From Mobula birostris (lineage: Eukaryota): DNA of 64,000 nt. The translations under genes and the position numbers were made by a program. The stretch's first letter is position 1; every line of letters begins with the position of its first letter. This document shows, piece after piece, positions 12,950 through 26,800 of this stretch. The notes beneath the pieces were generated by a model. It did not search any database. It was not told where the DNA came from and worked only from the letters and a program-made list of their open reading frames with translations. Location: positions 27,087,821 to 27,151,820 of the forward strand of contig NC_092379.1 of assembly GCF_030028105.1 (NCBI RefSeq), in the 5' to 3' direction.

Positions 12950-15900
12950 GACCAAGATAAGACCAGAGGGCAAAGGAGCAGAAGTCGGCTATTCGGCCAT
13001 TGGTGCCTGTTCCAGAATTTTATCATCAGCTGATCCAATCTCCCATTTAGTCCCACTCTCCCGCCTTCTCACCATAACCTTTGTTGCCCTGGCTACTTAG
13101 ATACCTATCAATCTCTGCCTTAAATACACCCAATGACTTCACTGCCGCCCGTGGCAGCATATTCCATAGGTTCACCACCTTCTGGCTAAAAAAACCAAAA
13201 ATCGGATCTTGGTTATGAATGAGCACCCTTCAACCTTTAAGTCATGCCCACTCATACTAGACTCACCCATCATGGGAAACAACTTTGCCACACCCACTTT
13301 TCCCATGCCTTTCAACATTCTAAATGTTTCTATGAGGTCACCCCTCATTTTTCGATACAGTCCAAGAGCGGACAAACGGTCCTCATATGTTAACCCTCTC
13401 ATTCCCAAAATCATTCCAGTGAATCTTCTCTGTACCCTCTCTAACGTCAGCACATCCATTCTTTAATAAGCATCTCAAAACTGCCCACAGTACTCCAAGT
13501 GAGGTCTTACCAGCGACGCATAGAGCCTCGACATCACATCCCTGCTCCTATACTCTATTACTCTGGAAATGAATGCCAACATAGGCTTTCCTCACAACCG
13601 ACTCAATCTGGTGGTTAACCTTAAGGGTATCCTGTACGAGGACTCCCAAGTCCCGTTGCATCTCAGAACTTCGAATTCTTTCCCCATTTAAATAACAGTC
13701 TGCCTTTTTTATTTCTTCTGCCAAGGTGCATAACCATACACTTTTCAACATTATATTTCATTTGCCAATTTATAGCTCATTCTTCCAATCTCTCCACGTT
13801 TCTCTGCAGAATTTCTGCTTCCTCAGCACTACCGGCCCCTCCACCTATCTTTGCATCATCAGCAGACATAACCACAAAGCCATCTTTTCCATAATCCAAA
13901 TCGTTGATGTACGACGTAAAAAGAAGCTGCCCCAACATGGACCCCTGTGGAACAACACTGATAATCGGCAGCCAACCAGAATATGACCCCTTTATTCACA
14001 CTCTCTGTTTCCTGCCAATCAGCCAACGGTCTATCCACGTGTGTAACTTTCCCGTAATTCCATGGGCTCTTATCTCGTTAAGCAGCCTCATGTGTGACCC
14101 CCTTGTCAAAGACCTTCTGAAAATCCAAATATACGACATCCACTACATCTCCCTTGTCTAGCCTACGTGTACTTTCCTCAAAAAATTGTAATAGCTTTAT
14201 CAGGCAGGATTTTCCTTTAAGGAAACCATGCTGAGTTCTGCCTATCTTGCTACATGCCTCCGGGTACTCCGTAACCTCATCCTTGACAATCGACTCCAAC
14301 AACTTTTCAATCACCGATGTCAAGCTAACAGGTCTGTTATTTCCTTTTGGCTTCCTTGCCCCCTTCTGAAACAGCGGAGTGACATTTGCAATTTTCCAGT
14401 CCTTCGGAAGCATGCCAGTATCTATCAACTTTTGAAAGATCGTTGTCAGTGCCTCCGCAATCTCCACAGCTACTTCCTTCAGAACACGAGGGTTCATTCC
14501 ATCTGGTCCGGGAGATTTATCTACCCTTGGAATATTCAACGTTCTGAGTACTTTCCCTGTCTTAACTGTGACTGCACACATCTCTCTTCCCTGCCACCCT
14601 TGAGTGGCCGATATACTGCTGATGTCTTCCTCAGTGAAGACTGAGCCAATATACTCGTTCAGTTCCTCCGCCATCTCCTTATCTCCCGTTACAATTTCTC
14701 CAGCGTCATTTTCTATCGGTCCCATATCTACTATCACCAGCCTTTTACTCTTTTTTATACTTGAAAAAAGCTTTAACATCGTTTTTGGTATTGTTTGCAG
14801 TCTTCCTTTCATAGTTCAACTTTTCCCTCTTAATGACCTTCTTAGTTTCCTTCTGTAAGCTTTTAAAAACTTCCCAATCTTCTGTCTTCGCACTATTTTT
14901 ACTTCCTTGTATGCCCTCTCCTTTGCTTTAACTTTGGCTTTGACTTCTCTAGGCAGCCACCGTTGCATTTTTTTCCATTCGAAAATTTCTTCTTATTTTG
15001 GAATATATCTGTCATGCACCTTCTTCACTTTTCGCATAAAAGCCTGCCACTGTTGCTCTGCCGTCCTTCCCGCTAGTGTTCCTTTCCAGTTATCTTTGGC
15101 CAGTTCCTCTCTCATGCCACTGTAGTTTCCTTTACTCCACTGAAATACCGACACATCGGATTCCGGCTTTCTTTTTAAAATTTCAAAGTAAAGTCAATCA
15201 TGTTATGATCACTGCTTCCGAAGGGTTCTTTCACCTCAGACACTCTAATCAATAGTACACGATAACCAGTCCAATACAGCCGATCCCCTAGTGGGCTCAA
15301 CAGCAACTTGTTCTAAAATGCTATCTCGCAGACATTCTACAAATTCTCGCTCTTGAGATCCACTGCCGACCCGAATTTCCCAATACACTGGCATGTTAAA
15401 ATCCCTCCACAATTATCATAACACTGCTCTTGTGACAAGCTTTTCTATTTCCTGTTGTTAATTTGCACTCTAAATCGCTGCAGATGTTTGGAAGCCTGTA
15501 TATAACTGCCATCAGGGTCCTTTTACCCCCGCGATTTCTAGCTCAACCCATAACGATTCTGCACCTTCCAATCCTATGTCATCTCTTTCTAATGATTTGA
15601 TATTATTTCTTACCAATAAAGTCACACCAATCACTCTGCTTATCTGCCTATCCTTCCGATACACCGTGTATCCTTGGACTTTCAGCTCCCAGAGACATGT
15701 ATCCTTTAGCCACGTCTCAGTGATTGCTACAATATCATACCTGCCAATCTGTAGCTATACGACAAGATCATCTACTTTATTCCTTATGCTACGTTCATTT
15801 AAGTATAACACCTTAAGTCCAGTATTTGGTAGCTTACGCTTTGACTGCACAGCAACTCATCCCAATGGCTGCAAGTTTGCCCCATCACCTGCCTGTCTTT

Positions 15901-16984
15901 CCCGACGTCTTTACTGCTCACTATCTTAGATTTATTTCTTACACTCTATCATTCCAGTTTCCATTCCACTGCCAAATTAGTTTAATCCCTCACTAACAGC
16001 TCTATTAAACCTTCCCGCCAGGATATTGGTCCCCTTCGGGTTCAGGTGTAACCCGCCTACTTTGAACAAATCATACATTCCCCAGAGGAGATCCCAATGA
16101 CACAAGATTCGGAAACTTGCCCGCTGCACCAGTCTCTCAGCCACGCATTCATCTGCCTGATCCTACTATTTTTGTTCTCGCTAGCACGTGGCATAGGTTG
16201 CCATTTCGAGATTACTACCATGGAGTTCCTGCTTCTCAGCTTCCTTCTTAACTCCCGGAAATCTCTCTTCAGGACCTCCTCCCTTCTCCTATCTATGTCA
16301 TTGGTGCCAACATGTACCAAGACAACTAGCTGCTCGCCCTCTCCCTTCAGAATATTCTGGGCCCGATCAGAGACATCCCGTACCCTGGCACCTGGGATGC
16401 AGTACACCATACGGGTAGCTCTATCCGCTCACAAAATCTCCTGTCTGTTCGCCTGACTATGGAATCCCCTATGACTACAGCATTTCACTTCTTCCTCCTT
16501 CCCTCCTGCAGAACAGCTTCAGGCTCAATGCCAGAGACCCGGTCACAGTGGGCGTCCCCTGTCAGGTCATCTCCCTCAACCGCATCCAGAACAAGATACT
16601 TGTTGTTGAGGGGGGCAGCCGCAGGGGTGATCTCAACTATCCGGATATTTTCATTCCCTCTTCTGACAGTCACCAAGTTTTCTGATCCCTGTAGCATAGG
16701 GATGACTACCTCTCTGAAGCTCCTGTCTATCGTCTCTTCACTTTCTCTATTCAGCAGAAGGGCATCAAGCTGCAGCTCCAGATCCCCAACACGGTCTTTG
16801 AGGAGCTGCAATTCGGTGCTCCGGGCGCAGATGTGGCCATCAGGGAAGCTGGAGGTCTCCCAGGATTCCCAAATCTGACACCCTGAACAATGCACTAACC
16901 CTGTATGCATCCTATGTAATTCTACATGAACGAAACAGGCAAAATAAGTCTACTCACCCACTTACCTCGCCAAACAGATGAATA

Positions 16985-17021
<37 letters not shown>

Positions 17022-17075
17022 AAACCGTTAGCTCGTACTGTTAGCTCTGTGAGCCCTGCTGTTCCTCTCTGTCCG
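12950..17075 (-). mobile_element. Near full-length CR1-type LINE, subfamily C, degenerate
   Basis: ORF1 zinc finger CSGCQIWES..GHICAR and esterase MVYCIPGARV (16057-16910); ORF2 blocks [38 protein letters not shown]; 3' tail near 12950; 5' boundary approximate. Confidence 0.92.
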
Positions 17076-17091
17076 GGCTGAATCGCCAAGG

Positions 17092-18445
17092 TGGCACAAT
17101 GGCGGACCCAAATGCAAGACACAGACACCGAAGTATAGGGAATAGAACTGACTAGAGTAGAAACGTGACAAGATATAGACAAGGAACAGTGACAAGAACG
17201 CAGACTTGGGCTTGGACCCTGAGCAAGACTCGACAAGGAGCAAGAACCTGGGTCTTGCCCCGGACTCGGGCCCCAGAACCAGGCATGGACATGTCATGAC
17301 TACAGGACTAGAGGCTGAGGTCTTGAGGCTTGAGGATTGGAGGCAGGCTTGGGGACTTGAGGTTTGAGGATTGTAAACTGGCTTGGGGACTTGAGGTTTG
17401 AGGATTGTAAACTGGCTTCGGGTCTAGAGGCCTGAGGCTTGTAGAGTGGCTTTGGGTCTTGAGGCCTGAGGCTTGGAGCTTGGCTTGGTGTCTTGAGGCT
17501 TGAGGCTTGAAGACTGGCTTGGGGTCTTGACGCTTGAGGCGTGGAGACTGGCTTGGGGTCTTGAGGCTTGAGGATTGGAGATTGGCTTGGGTCTTGAGGT
17601 TTGAGGCTTGGAGGCAGGCTTGGTGTCTTGGGTCTTGTGTCTAGGGTATTTCGAGGCTTGGGTACGGAACCTGAGCCAAAGTCTGGGCAACGACCCAGAA
17701 CCTACGACTTGACTCGGGCTCGGACTCCAGAACTGGGCGAGGACAACACGAGGCTGCAGGACTGGACATGGCTTGGGTGAGGAACTTCTGGGTAGGGCGA
17801 GACACAAGGACAGGTAAAGGCACATGGACAGGACTCGAATAGGACTGGACTAGGCACAGACTGGACGAGGGCCTTCAGGAGAACGGAACTTTGGACTAGA
17901 AGAGACGGGAGTACAGAACACAGAGCCGGGACCCTTCCTTGGGAACAAGGCATAGGGCCGGGACTCATACACAGAACGCTGAACATGAAGAGACGGATCT
18001 AACACAACGTGGCGGCAAACGGCCGGACCTACCTTTCGAAGGCGATGACGCAGAGACAGTTCCCAACACTAGGTTACGGCAAACGGCCGGACCTACCTAG
18101 CGAACACAGACATACAATTCCACACAACGAAAGACAGTTACTTATCTTGTGCTAAGAAGATTTCGGTCATGCTCCGGCTGTATAACTTCTGCGTTACAGG
18201 CGGGGTTTACAACCAAGGTGAGCAGGCACCGAGTCAGGCGAGGTATCTAGGCAGAGACTCAGGCCAGGTAACCAGACAGAGACTCAGGCGAGGTATGCAG
18301 GAGAGTGTCAGTCGAGGTCTCCAGGCATGGAGTCAGGCGAGGGGGGGAAATACAGGGAGGAGAACAGGACAGTCCAGCATGGAATCCCTGGCTTGCAGAG
18401 GTATTTATGTCTCAGCCCCAAATCGAGAATCATGTGTGGACAACA
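17092..18445 (-). mobile_element. LTR-type element (solo-LTR-like), same family as 21325-22866 and 63725-64000
   Basis: Shares gacccaaatgcaagacac, accaggcatggacatg and gagccgggaccc..ttggg..cagg..catagggcc blocks with the other copies; right boundary and TSD not resolved. Confidence 0.65.
17317..17660. repeat. Minisatellite of about 34-bp units built from a GAGGCTT 7-mer
   Basis: Recurring ggcttggggtcttgaggcttgaggattggagact-like units. Confidence 0.9.
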
Positions 18446-18559
18446 TATATCTTCAGTGTCATTTTCGAAGGATTGTACACTCGCCAGAAGGATAGTGGTG
18501 AGGTTGGTATTAAGGACTTTGTGTTTGAATATTTCCACAATGAATACATGATGGATACA

Positions 18560-20215
18560 TTTTGTTAAATTAAAATGATGGCCCTATACATATTCCACTC
18601 TCCCCTCCTACCCCTCCTCACAGACCCCACCCTGTTCTCATGACCACTTCCCCACACGAAACCACCACGGTAGGCTTCACAGCGGAACAGGTGAAAATTC
18701 AGCTGAAACGTCTCCACCCTAGCATGGTTGCAGGACCAGGTGGTATCAGTAGCACGGTGCTCAAAGCCTGTGTCCCTCAGCTATGTGGAGTACTTCGCCA
18801 TCTCTCCAACCTGAGCCTGAGGGTTCTTGTGCTGTGAAAGACGTCCTGCCTCGTCCCTGTGCCGAAAACGCCGCGCCCCAGCGGCCTCAATGACTACAGA
18901 CCGGTGGTGTTGACCTCCCACATCATGAAGAACCAGGAGAGGCTTGTTCTGGAGCTGCTCCGGCCTATGGTTAGGCCAAACTTAGATCCCCTCCAGTTTG
19001 TCTACCAGACCCGACTGGGAGTTGAGGATGCCATCGTCTTGCCGCTGATCCTTGTCTACGCCCACCTGGACAAGCCAGCGAGCACTGTGAGGGTCATGTT
19101 TTTTGACTTCTCCAGTGCGTTTAACACCTTCCGCCCTGCTCTGCCGGGGGAGAAGCTGACAGCGATGCAGCTGGATGCTATTCTGGTGTCATGGGTTCAT
19201 GATTAAATAACTGGTAGACCGCAGTACATGTGCTTGCAATACTGTGTGTCCAACAGAGTGATCAGCAGCACTGGGGCTCCACAGGGGACTTTCTTGTCTC
19301 CCTTTATTTTCAACATTTACACCTCGGACTTCAACTACTGCACAGAATCTTTTCATCTTCCAAAGTTCTCTGATCACTCTGCCATAGTTGGATGCATCAG
19401 CAAGGGAAATGTGGCTGAGTACTGGGCTACGGCATGAAACTTTGTCACATGGTGCGAGCAGAATTATCTGCAGCTTAATGCAAAAAAGACTAAGAAGCTG
19501 GTGGTAGACCTGAGGAGAGCTAAGGCTGTGACCCCTGTTTCCATCCAGGGGTCACAGTGGACATGGTGGAGGATTCCAAATGTCTGGGGATACGAATTGA
19601 CAATAAACTGGACTGGACAAAGAACACCGAGGCCGTCTACAAGAAGGGTCAGAGCCGTCTCTATTTCCTGAGGAGACTGAGGTCCTTTAACATCTGTCGG
19701 ACGATGCTGAGGACGTTCTATGAGTCTATTGCGGCCAGTGAGATCATGTTTGCTGTTTTGGGCTGGGGCAGCTGCTTGAGGGTAGCAGACAACAAAAGAA
19801 TCAACAAATTCATTCGTAAGGCCAGTGATGTTGTGGGGATGGAACGGACTCTCTCACGGTGGTGTCTGAAAAGAGGATGCTGTCCAAGTTGCATGCCATC
19901 TTGGACAATGTCTCCCGTTCACTACAAACTGCACTGGTTGGGCACAGGAGTACATTCAGCCATAGACTCATTCCACCGAGATGCAACACAGAGCGCCATG
20001 GGAAATCATTCCTGCCTGGTGCCATCAAAGTCTACAACTCCTCCCTTGGAGGGTCAGACGCCCTGAGCCAGTAAGCTGGTCCTGGACTTATTTCCTGGCA
20101 TAATTTACATATTACTATTTAAATTATGTGTGGTTTTATTCCAACTTAATCATTTATGGTGCAACTGTAACGAAAACCAATTTGCCCGGGATCAATGAAG
20201 TATGACTATGATTAT
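18560..20215 (+). mobile_element. Rex1/Babar-type LINE, 5'-truncated
   Basis: LKACVPQLCGV, LNDYRPVVLTSHIMK, DPLQF, STGAPQGTFLSP, KFSDHSAIVGCI, YKKGQSRLYFLRRLRSF; tatgac-type tail. Confidence 0.9.
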
Positions 20216-21324
20216 AACAATGGCTATGACTGTGATAACCGTGTACGAATTCCGTGTCGATATATTCGTCCAAATAGCTTTTACGTTTTGTTAATATAGC
20301 TAACTAAAACATGTGACACGGTAAATCTTTGAATATTCTGACAAGTATTGACGAATTATTTGACTTCAATTTTAATCACTCCCCTCGCATAATAAGCTTC
20401 CTCCCTCTCGTTCTTCGATTCAGAACCATGGGGAAAGGGCTCTGTGATTTCAGCTTATCTATTGTACTCATAACAGATCTTGCTGCTTAATTTATGTCTT
20501 CATGAATGATAAAGTGCGTTATTTACCAATCCGTAAAATGAAATACCTGGCCGCGGAAAACTGAAGGGCAAAGGCAATAAATTATCGTTGCTATTTTTTT
20601 TTAACATTGACATTTAAACGACTGCAGTGATACACTATTAATTCCTTATTTTCTATATGTCCCCAGAACGGCACAAATGCTTATTCTAGGCCCTTCGCAT
20701 AACGCAAACTGAGAGAACGAAATATTTTTTGTAGAAGTATAGTTACATTTGATGAACTAAGATAAATGTCGGCAAATTGGTCTTAAATTTAAAACCAGAA
20801 TTTCAAGCTGTTGGCTACTGTTACCACCAACAAAACATGTTTGGAGCAGTTGATACCTTTCATTAAAAGATGAATGTTTCATCAAATCAACAGACTTTTG
20901 ACGATTTTCTTATTCATCCGGCCAAGTAAGTATGCAGTAAAAAACTCTTGTTCGGGAGAAAGTGGAACGAACAGATGATAAATAACTGGAAAGGAAATCC
21001 AAGTGATGAAAAGTTTGGTTCTGCTTTACGGTTTGGTAGGAATCAAAATGGTAGGTATCGGAACAGAATTATACATTTAACATTGGCGAAAAAGATGTCT
21101 GCTTAATATCTAGTTGTCATTTAAATAAAAGATAAGAATTCAAAGAGTTTAATTCCAATAAATACACCTTTGACCCGTTCTGCAGGCCCTAATGACATTA
21201 TCGGTCCACAATTTACGATAATCTATTATCGCATCATGCATGAGAAATTTGATTCTCTTTGCATTGTCATTCATGTTGCGAGGCAGTAGAATTGAATATA
21301 GCTTCTCCAATGTCAACGAATGTG

Positions 21325-22866
21325 TGTCACAATGACGGGGGCTTTGGGAGCAAGGGTGGACCCAAATGCAAGACACATCTTGTGAGGTTACTTAGATTTG
21401 GTTTATTGTTCGATACCATGAGAGTTAGGCAGGAGTTGCGAACTGAACAAGGACTCAGGACTACGACTAGACTAGGACCAAGGGTCTGGGCTAGGACACG
21501 GAATCGGCTCCCAGAACTGGAGGAGACATGAAGAGGCTAGGATATGGACTCCGAGCCCGAGACTGGGCAAGGACCCAGTACCTGGGTCATGCCTCGGGGT
21601 CGGACCCCAAAACCAGGCATGGACATGACATGGGCTAGGGAGAGGAGGAACATGGGAACACAGAGCCTCGGTCTCGGGAGAGCAGGTACATGGAACCATG
21701 AACACATACATAGAACACAGAGTCGGGAACCTTCCTTGGGTAGAGGACATTGGGCCGGGCCTCGCACACAGAACTTGAGAGCCGGGACCCCTCCTTGGGT
21801 ACAGGACATAGGGCCGGGACTCGTGACCCTCCGCGGGGCAACGGCAAGACGGCCTGACTTACCCCACGGAGGCGAGGACAAGACAAGACAAAACCAACAC
21901 AAATGAACACCAGACAGTACCTGTCTAGCTCCGGTAATGGAACTAGACCGAAGTGCAGGCAGGGGCTGCAGACGAGGGCTAGAGGCGAGAGCCGTAGCAA
22001 AGGAATTCAGACAAGGGGTTAGGCCAGGAATCACAGACGGCCAGGGCCAGGACTTGACGCGAAGCTGGGAAGCCGCCAGGGAAAGGACTTGACATGTTAC
22101 TTGAATGCCGCCACGTCCAGGACTTGGGCGTGGTACTTGAATGCCGCCAGGGACAAAATTTGGACGTGGTACTTGAATGCCGCCAGGGACAAGACTTGGA
22201 CGTGGGACTTGAGTGCCGCCAGGCACAGAACTTGGACGTGGTACTTGAATGCCGCCAGAGCAAGGAGTTGGACGTGGTACTTGAATATGACCAGGGCCAG
22301 GACTATGACGTAGCACTTGAATGCCGCCGGAGCCAGGACGTGGACGTGATACTTGGATGCAGCCGGAGCCAGGACGTGGTCGTGGTACTTGGATGCCGCT
22401 GGAGACAGGACGTGGACGTGGTACTTGGATACCGCCGGAGCCAGGACGTGGTGCTTGGAACCTCCGGGTAGTGCCGAGCTCTTGACTCGGTCCGGGAACA
22501 GAAGACAGCGGTTCTTGATTCGCTCCGGTGGGTTAACTGACGGACCCACCTCGGTAAGGAAACTCTGCAGGCTCGCTTTGGCGAGGTAACTTGACAAGGT
22601 TGCTGCGGTGAGGAAAGGCGATTTACAGGCACTCGCTTCGGACGGAGACAAGGCTTGCTCCGGCCAAATGACATTGTCACGCCGTGCCTTTGCAGACGCT
22701 CCCGCACCGAACGACTGAAAGCAGCAGACTTTCAACTACCGTTTATGCCGAGTGTTAATTGCCTCTAATCACCAAAGTCGAGGGACACGGGGAAGCAGGG
22801 AATCAACGGTCCGGATCGTAACATCAACAAGCTAAATTTAAAAGGACCCCGATCCGGACCATGACA
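21325..22866 (-). mobile_element. Solo LTR (1542 bp) with 5-bp TSD
   Basis: Termini TGTCA...TGACA; ATGTG duplicated at 21320-21324 and 22867-22871; AATAAA on minus near the left end; no pol motifs. Confidence 0.9.
22094..22455. repeat. 36-bp minisatellite, about 10 contiguous units, inside the solo LTR
   Basis: Unit gtacttgaatgccgccagggacaagacttggacgtg; translates as ten 12-aa repeats (VVLECRQGQDLD drifting to VVLGCRRSQDVD). Confidence 0.93.
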
Positions 22867-23299
22867 ATGTGTTTTGACAAAGAAAGGCTAAACAATGAAG
22901 CTATATTTTATTACCATTATTGTTGCAATATCTCTGCATTGCAGAAAAGGCCGCTACCTATTGTATGATGACACCATCAATCTATACAGCTAAGTCGCAG
23001 CATTTTCAATTTTCGGTATCACAGCAATTTAAAATAGGGTTCTCACCCGTTTTGGTTAGAACTTTGACAAGAATCAAAATAATTTTTCCATTTTTTCTTG
23101 AGGACGGGAAAATGTAAATGCCCCTTTATTCTTCAAGCAGAGATGGACACAGAAGAAAGATATTTAAAGGTAAGTCAGACCTGATCTCAGTGGTTAGAAA
23201 TATGCTCGATTCCATTTCCAAGGTTGAGGTTTCAAGTATTTGGAGGCACATGAAAAAAAAAAGCTTCAGACAACCACAGGTTAAGAAAATGTCAATATA

Positions 23300-23865
23300 A
23301 ACATGCTTTCAAACAGAGAAAACTTTACCGAAAAAAATTATGTAGCATTCTTTGAAGAAATAGCAAGCATAATAGCCGTCGGAGAATGAGCGGATGCTGT
23401 GTTTTAGATTCAGAAAGCCTTTGGGAAGGTACCGGTATGAGGTTCTACAAGGTAAAAGGCCAGCGTGTTAAATCAAAAATATTAGGTACAACATTGGATA
23501 GAACAATGACTGATTGGCATAAGGCAACAAATGGAACTATAGGGGTTCTTATCGAATTGACTACCAGTGACAAGTGGTGCTATACAGGGGTTCTGCATTG
23601 GTATCTGAACGTTGTAATGCAACGATGTAGATGTGCTGTTGATGGCATTCTGACCATGATTGCCGACGATACAAGGATAGGTTGAGGGTTCGGTCGTGTT
23701 GACGAAATAGAGAGGCTAAAAAGTTCATAGACCGATTAGAAAAATGGGTAAAGCTGTTGAAGGCAGAGTATAGTGAAGGCCGAGTACAGTGTAGGCCGAG
23801 TATGGTGAGACAATTTGGTAAAAGGAATAGAAGCGCAGACTATTTTCGAAATTGTAAGTAAATTA
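23300..23865 (+). mobile_element. Old CR1 RT fragment
   Basis: Decayed 'ttagattcagaaagcctttgggaaggt' (FQKAFDKV-like) and ADDTRIG motifs. Confidence 0.65.
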
Positions 23866-23866
23866 A

Positions 23867-26800
23867 AACATAGAAAACCATAGAAACCATGGAAAAACTA
23901 CAGCACAGAAACAGGCCTTTTGGCCCTTCTTGGCTGTGCAGAACTATTTCCTGCCTAGTCCCACTGACCTGCACACGGACCATAACCCTTAATACACCTC
24001 CCATCCATGTATCTGTCTAATGTATTCTTCAATTAAAAAAAAACACATTAACCATCTCGTCTGGCAGTTTATTACATACTCCCACCATTCTCTGTGTGAA
24101 GACCCCCCCCCACTGTTCCCTTTAAACTACCTCCCGCCTCACCCTAAACCCATGTCGTCTGTTTTTTCTCTCCCCTTGCCTCAGTGGAAAAAAGCCTACT
24201 TGCATTCACCCTATCTATGCCCATCATGATTTTATATACTTCTATCAAATCTCCCCTCATTCTTCTACGCTCCAGGGAATGAAGTCCTAACCTATTCAAC
24301 CTTTCTCTGTAACTGAGTTTCGCAAGTCCCTGCAACATCCTTGTAAACCTTATCTGCACTCTTTCAACCTTATTAATATCCTTCCTGTAATTTGGTGACC
24401 AAAACTGAACACAATACTCCAGATTCGGCCTCACCAATGCCTTACACAACCTCATCATAACATTCCAGCTCCTAAACTCAATACTTCGATTAATAAAGGC
24501 CAATGTACCAAAAGCTCCCTTCACGACCTATATCTACCTGTGACGCCACTTTTAGGGATTTTTGTATCTGTCTCCCCCGATCCCTCTGTTCTACTGCACT
24601 CGTCTGCCTTATCATTAACCCTGTATATTCTATTTTGGTTTGTTCTTCCAACGTGCAATACCTCACTCTTGTTTGTTTTGAAGTCCATCTGCCATTTTTC
24701 AGCCCATTTTTCCAGCTGGTCCAAGTCCCTCTCCAGGCTCTGAAAACCTTCCTCACTGTTGACTACACCTTCAATCTTTGTATCATCAGTAAATTTGCTG
24801 ATCCAGTTTACCACATTATCATCCAGATCATTGATATAGATGACAAATAACAATGGTCCCAGCACTGATGCCTTTGGCACACCACGAGTCACAGGCCTCC
24901 ACTCTGAGAAGCAATTCTCTACTACCACTCTTTGGCTTCTTCCATTGAGCCAATATCTAATCCAATTTACCACCTCTCCATGTATACCGAGTGACTGAAT
25001 TTTCCTAACTAACCTCCCATGCGGGACCTTGTCAAAGTCCTTACTGAAGTCCATGTAGACCACATCCACTGCATTCCTTTCATCCACTTTCTTGGTAACC
25101 TCCTCGACAACCTCCAACAGATTGGTCAAACATGATCTACCGTGCATATAGCCAAGTTGACTCTCCCTAATAAGTCTCTGTCTATCGAAATGCTTGTAGA
25201 TTCTGTCTCTTAGTACTCCCTCCAATAATTTACCCACTACCGAAGTCAAACTTACAGGCCTATAATTTTCCGGATTACTTCTCTCTGCTTTTTAGAAACA
25301 ACAGAACAGCATGAGCTACTCTCCAATCCTCCAGCACCTCACCCGTAGACACCAACATTTTTAATATATCTGCCAGGGCCCCTGCAATTTCAGCACTAGT
25401 CTCCTTCATGGTCCTTGGGAATACCCTGTCGGGTCCTGGGGATTATCCACTTTAATTTGCCTCAAGATAGCAAACACCTCCTCCTTTTCAATCTGTACAA
25501 TTTCCATGATCTCACTACCTGTTTCCCTTAATTCCATAGAATTCATGCCAGTTTCCTTAGTAAATAAAGACGCAAAAAAAAAAAAACACATTTAAGATCT
25601 CCCCCATTTATTTTCGTTCCGCACATAGCCGACCACTCTGATCTTCAAGAGGACCAATTTTATCACTTACAATCTTTTTACTCTTAATATACCTGCTAAA
25701 GCTCTTGGGATAAACCTTCAGTTCGACTGCTAAGGCAACCTCATGTCTTCGTGTCTTCTCTTAGCCCTCCTGATTTCTTTCTTAAGTATTTTCTTGCACT
25801 TTTTATACCCCTCAAGCACCTTATTTACTTCCCGTTTCAGATACATGTCATACAACTCTCTCTTCTTCTTTATCAGAGTTGCAATATCGCTTGAGAACCA
25901 AGGTGCCTTATTCCTATTCACTTTGCCTTTAATCCTGGCAGCAACATACAAGCTCTGCACTCTCAAAATTTCCCATTTGAAGGCTTCCCAGTTACCGATC
26001 ACATACTTGCCAGAGAACAACCTGCCTCAAACCACGCTTTTTAGATCCTTTCTCATTTCTTCAAATGTGGCCTTTTTTCCAGTTCAGAACCTCAACCCTA
26101 GGACCAGATCTATCCTTGTCCATGGTCAAGTTGAAACTAATGGTTTTATGATCACTGGAACCAAAGTGCTCCCGACACACGCTTCCGTCACTTGTGCTAA
26201 CTCGTTTCATAACAGGGGGCCAATATTGCATCCCCTATGGCTGGTACCTCTACATATTGATATAGAAAACTGTCCTGAACACATTTTACAAACTCTAAAC
26301 AATCTAGGCCCCAAACAGTATTGGAGTCCCAATCAATATATGGAAAATTAAAATCCCCTGGCACCACAACTTTATGTTTCCTGCAGGTGCCTGCTAGCTC
26401 TCTACAGATTTGTCTCCTCCAATTCTCGCTGACTATTGGGTGGTCTATAATACAACCCCACTAATGTGGCCATACCTTTCCTGCTTCTCAGCTCCACCCA
26501 TAAGGACTCAGTAGACAAGCCCTCTAATCTGCCCTGCCTGAGCACTGCTGTAGCATTTTCCCTGACAAGCAATTCTACCCACCCCCCGCCACGCTTCATT
26601 CCTCTGCTTCTATCACACCTGAAACATTGGAATCCCGGAATATTAAGCTGCCAGTCCTGCCCCTCCTGCAGCCCAGTTTCACTAACTGCTATAACGTCAG
26701 AATTCCACGTGTCAATCCACGCCCTCAACTCGTCCGCCGTCCCGGCAATACTCCTAGCATTGCAATATATACACCTCAGAAGATTTTTACCACCACTCAC

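Larger units (their letters stand above)
21006..22964 (+). pseudogene. Candidate decayed V segment interrupted by a solo LTR
   Basis: Leader-like MKSLVLLYGLVGIKM + gtaggt (21051), acceptor ttctgcag (21185), TGC at 21260 (mature position 22 with a 1-nt loss), TAG exactly 13 codons later, and PLLLQYLCIAEKAATYC after the LTR (ends 22964). Confidence 0.4.

Noticed and set aside
21013-21056. J-segment-like TTTGGT..gtaggt
   Set aside because: No FGxGTxLxV pattern and no upstream RSS; the stretch reads better as a leader exon.
22094-22455. 36-bp repeats as a CRISPR array
   Set aside because: Units are contiguous with no unique spacers, lie inside a TSD-flanked LTR, and the context is vertebrate.
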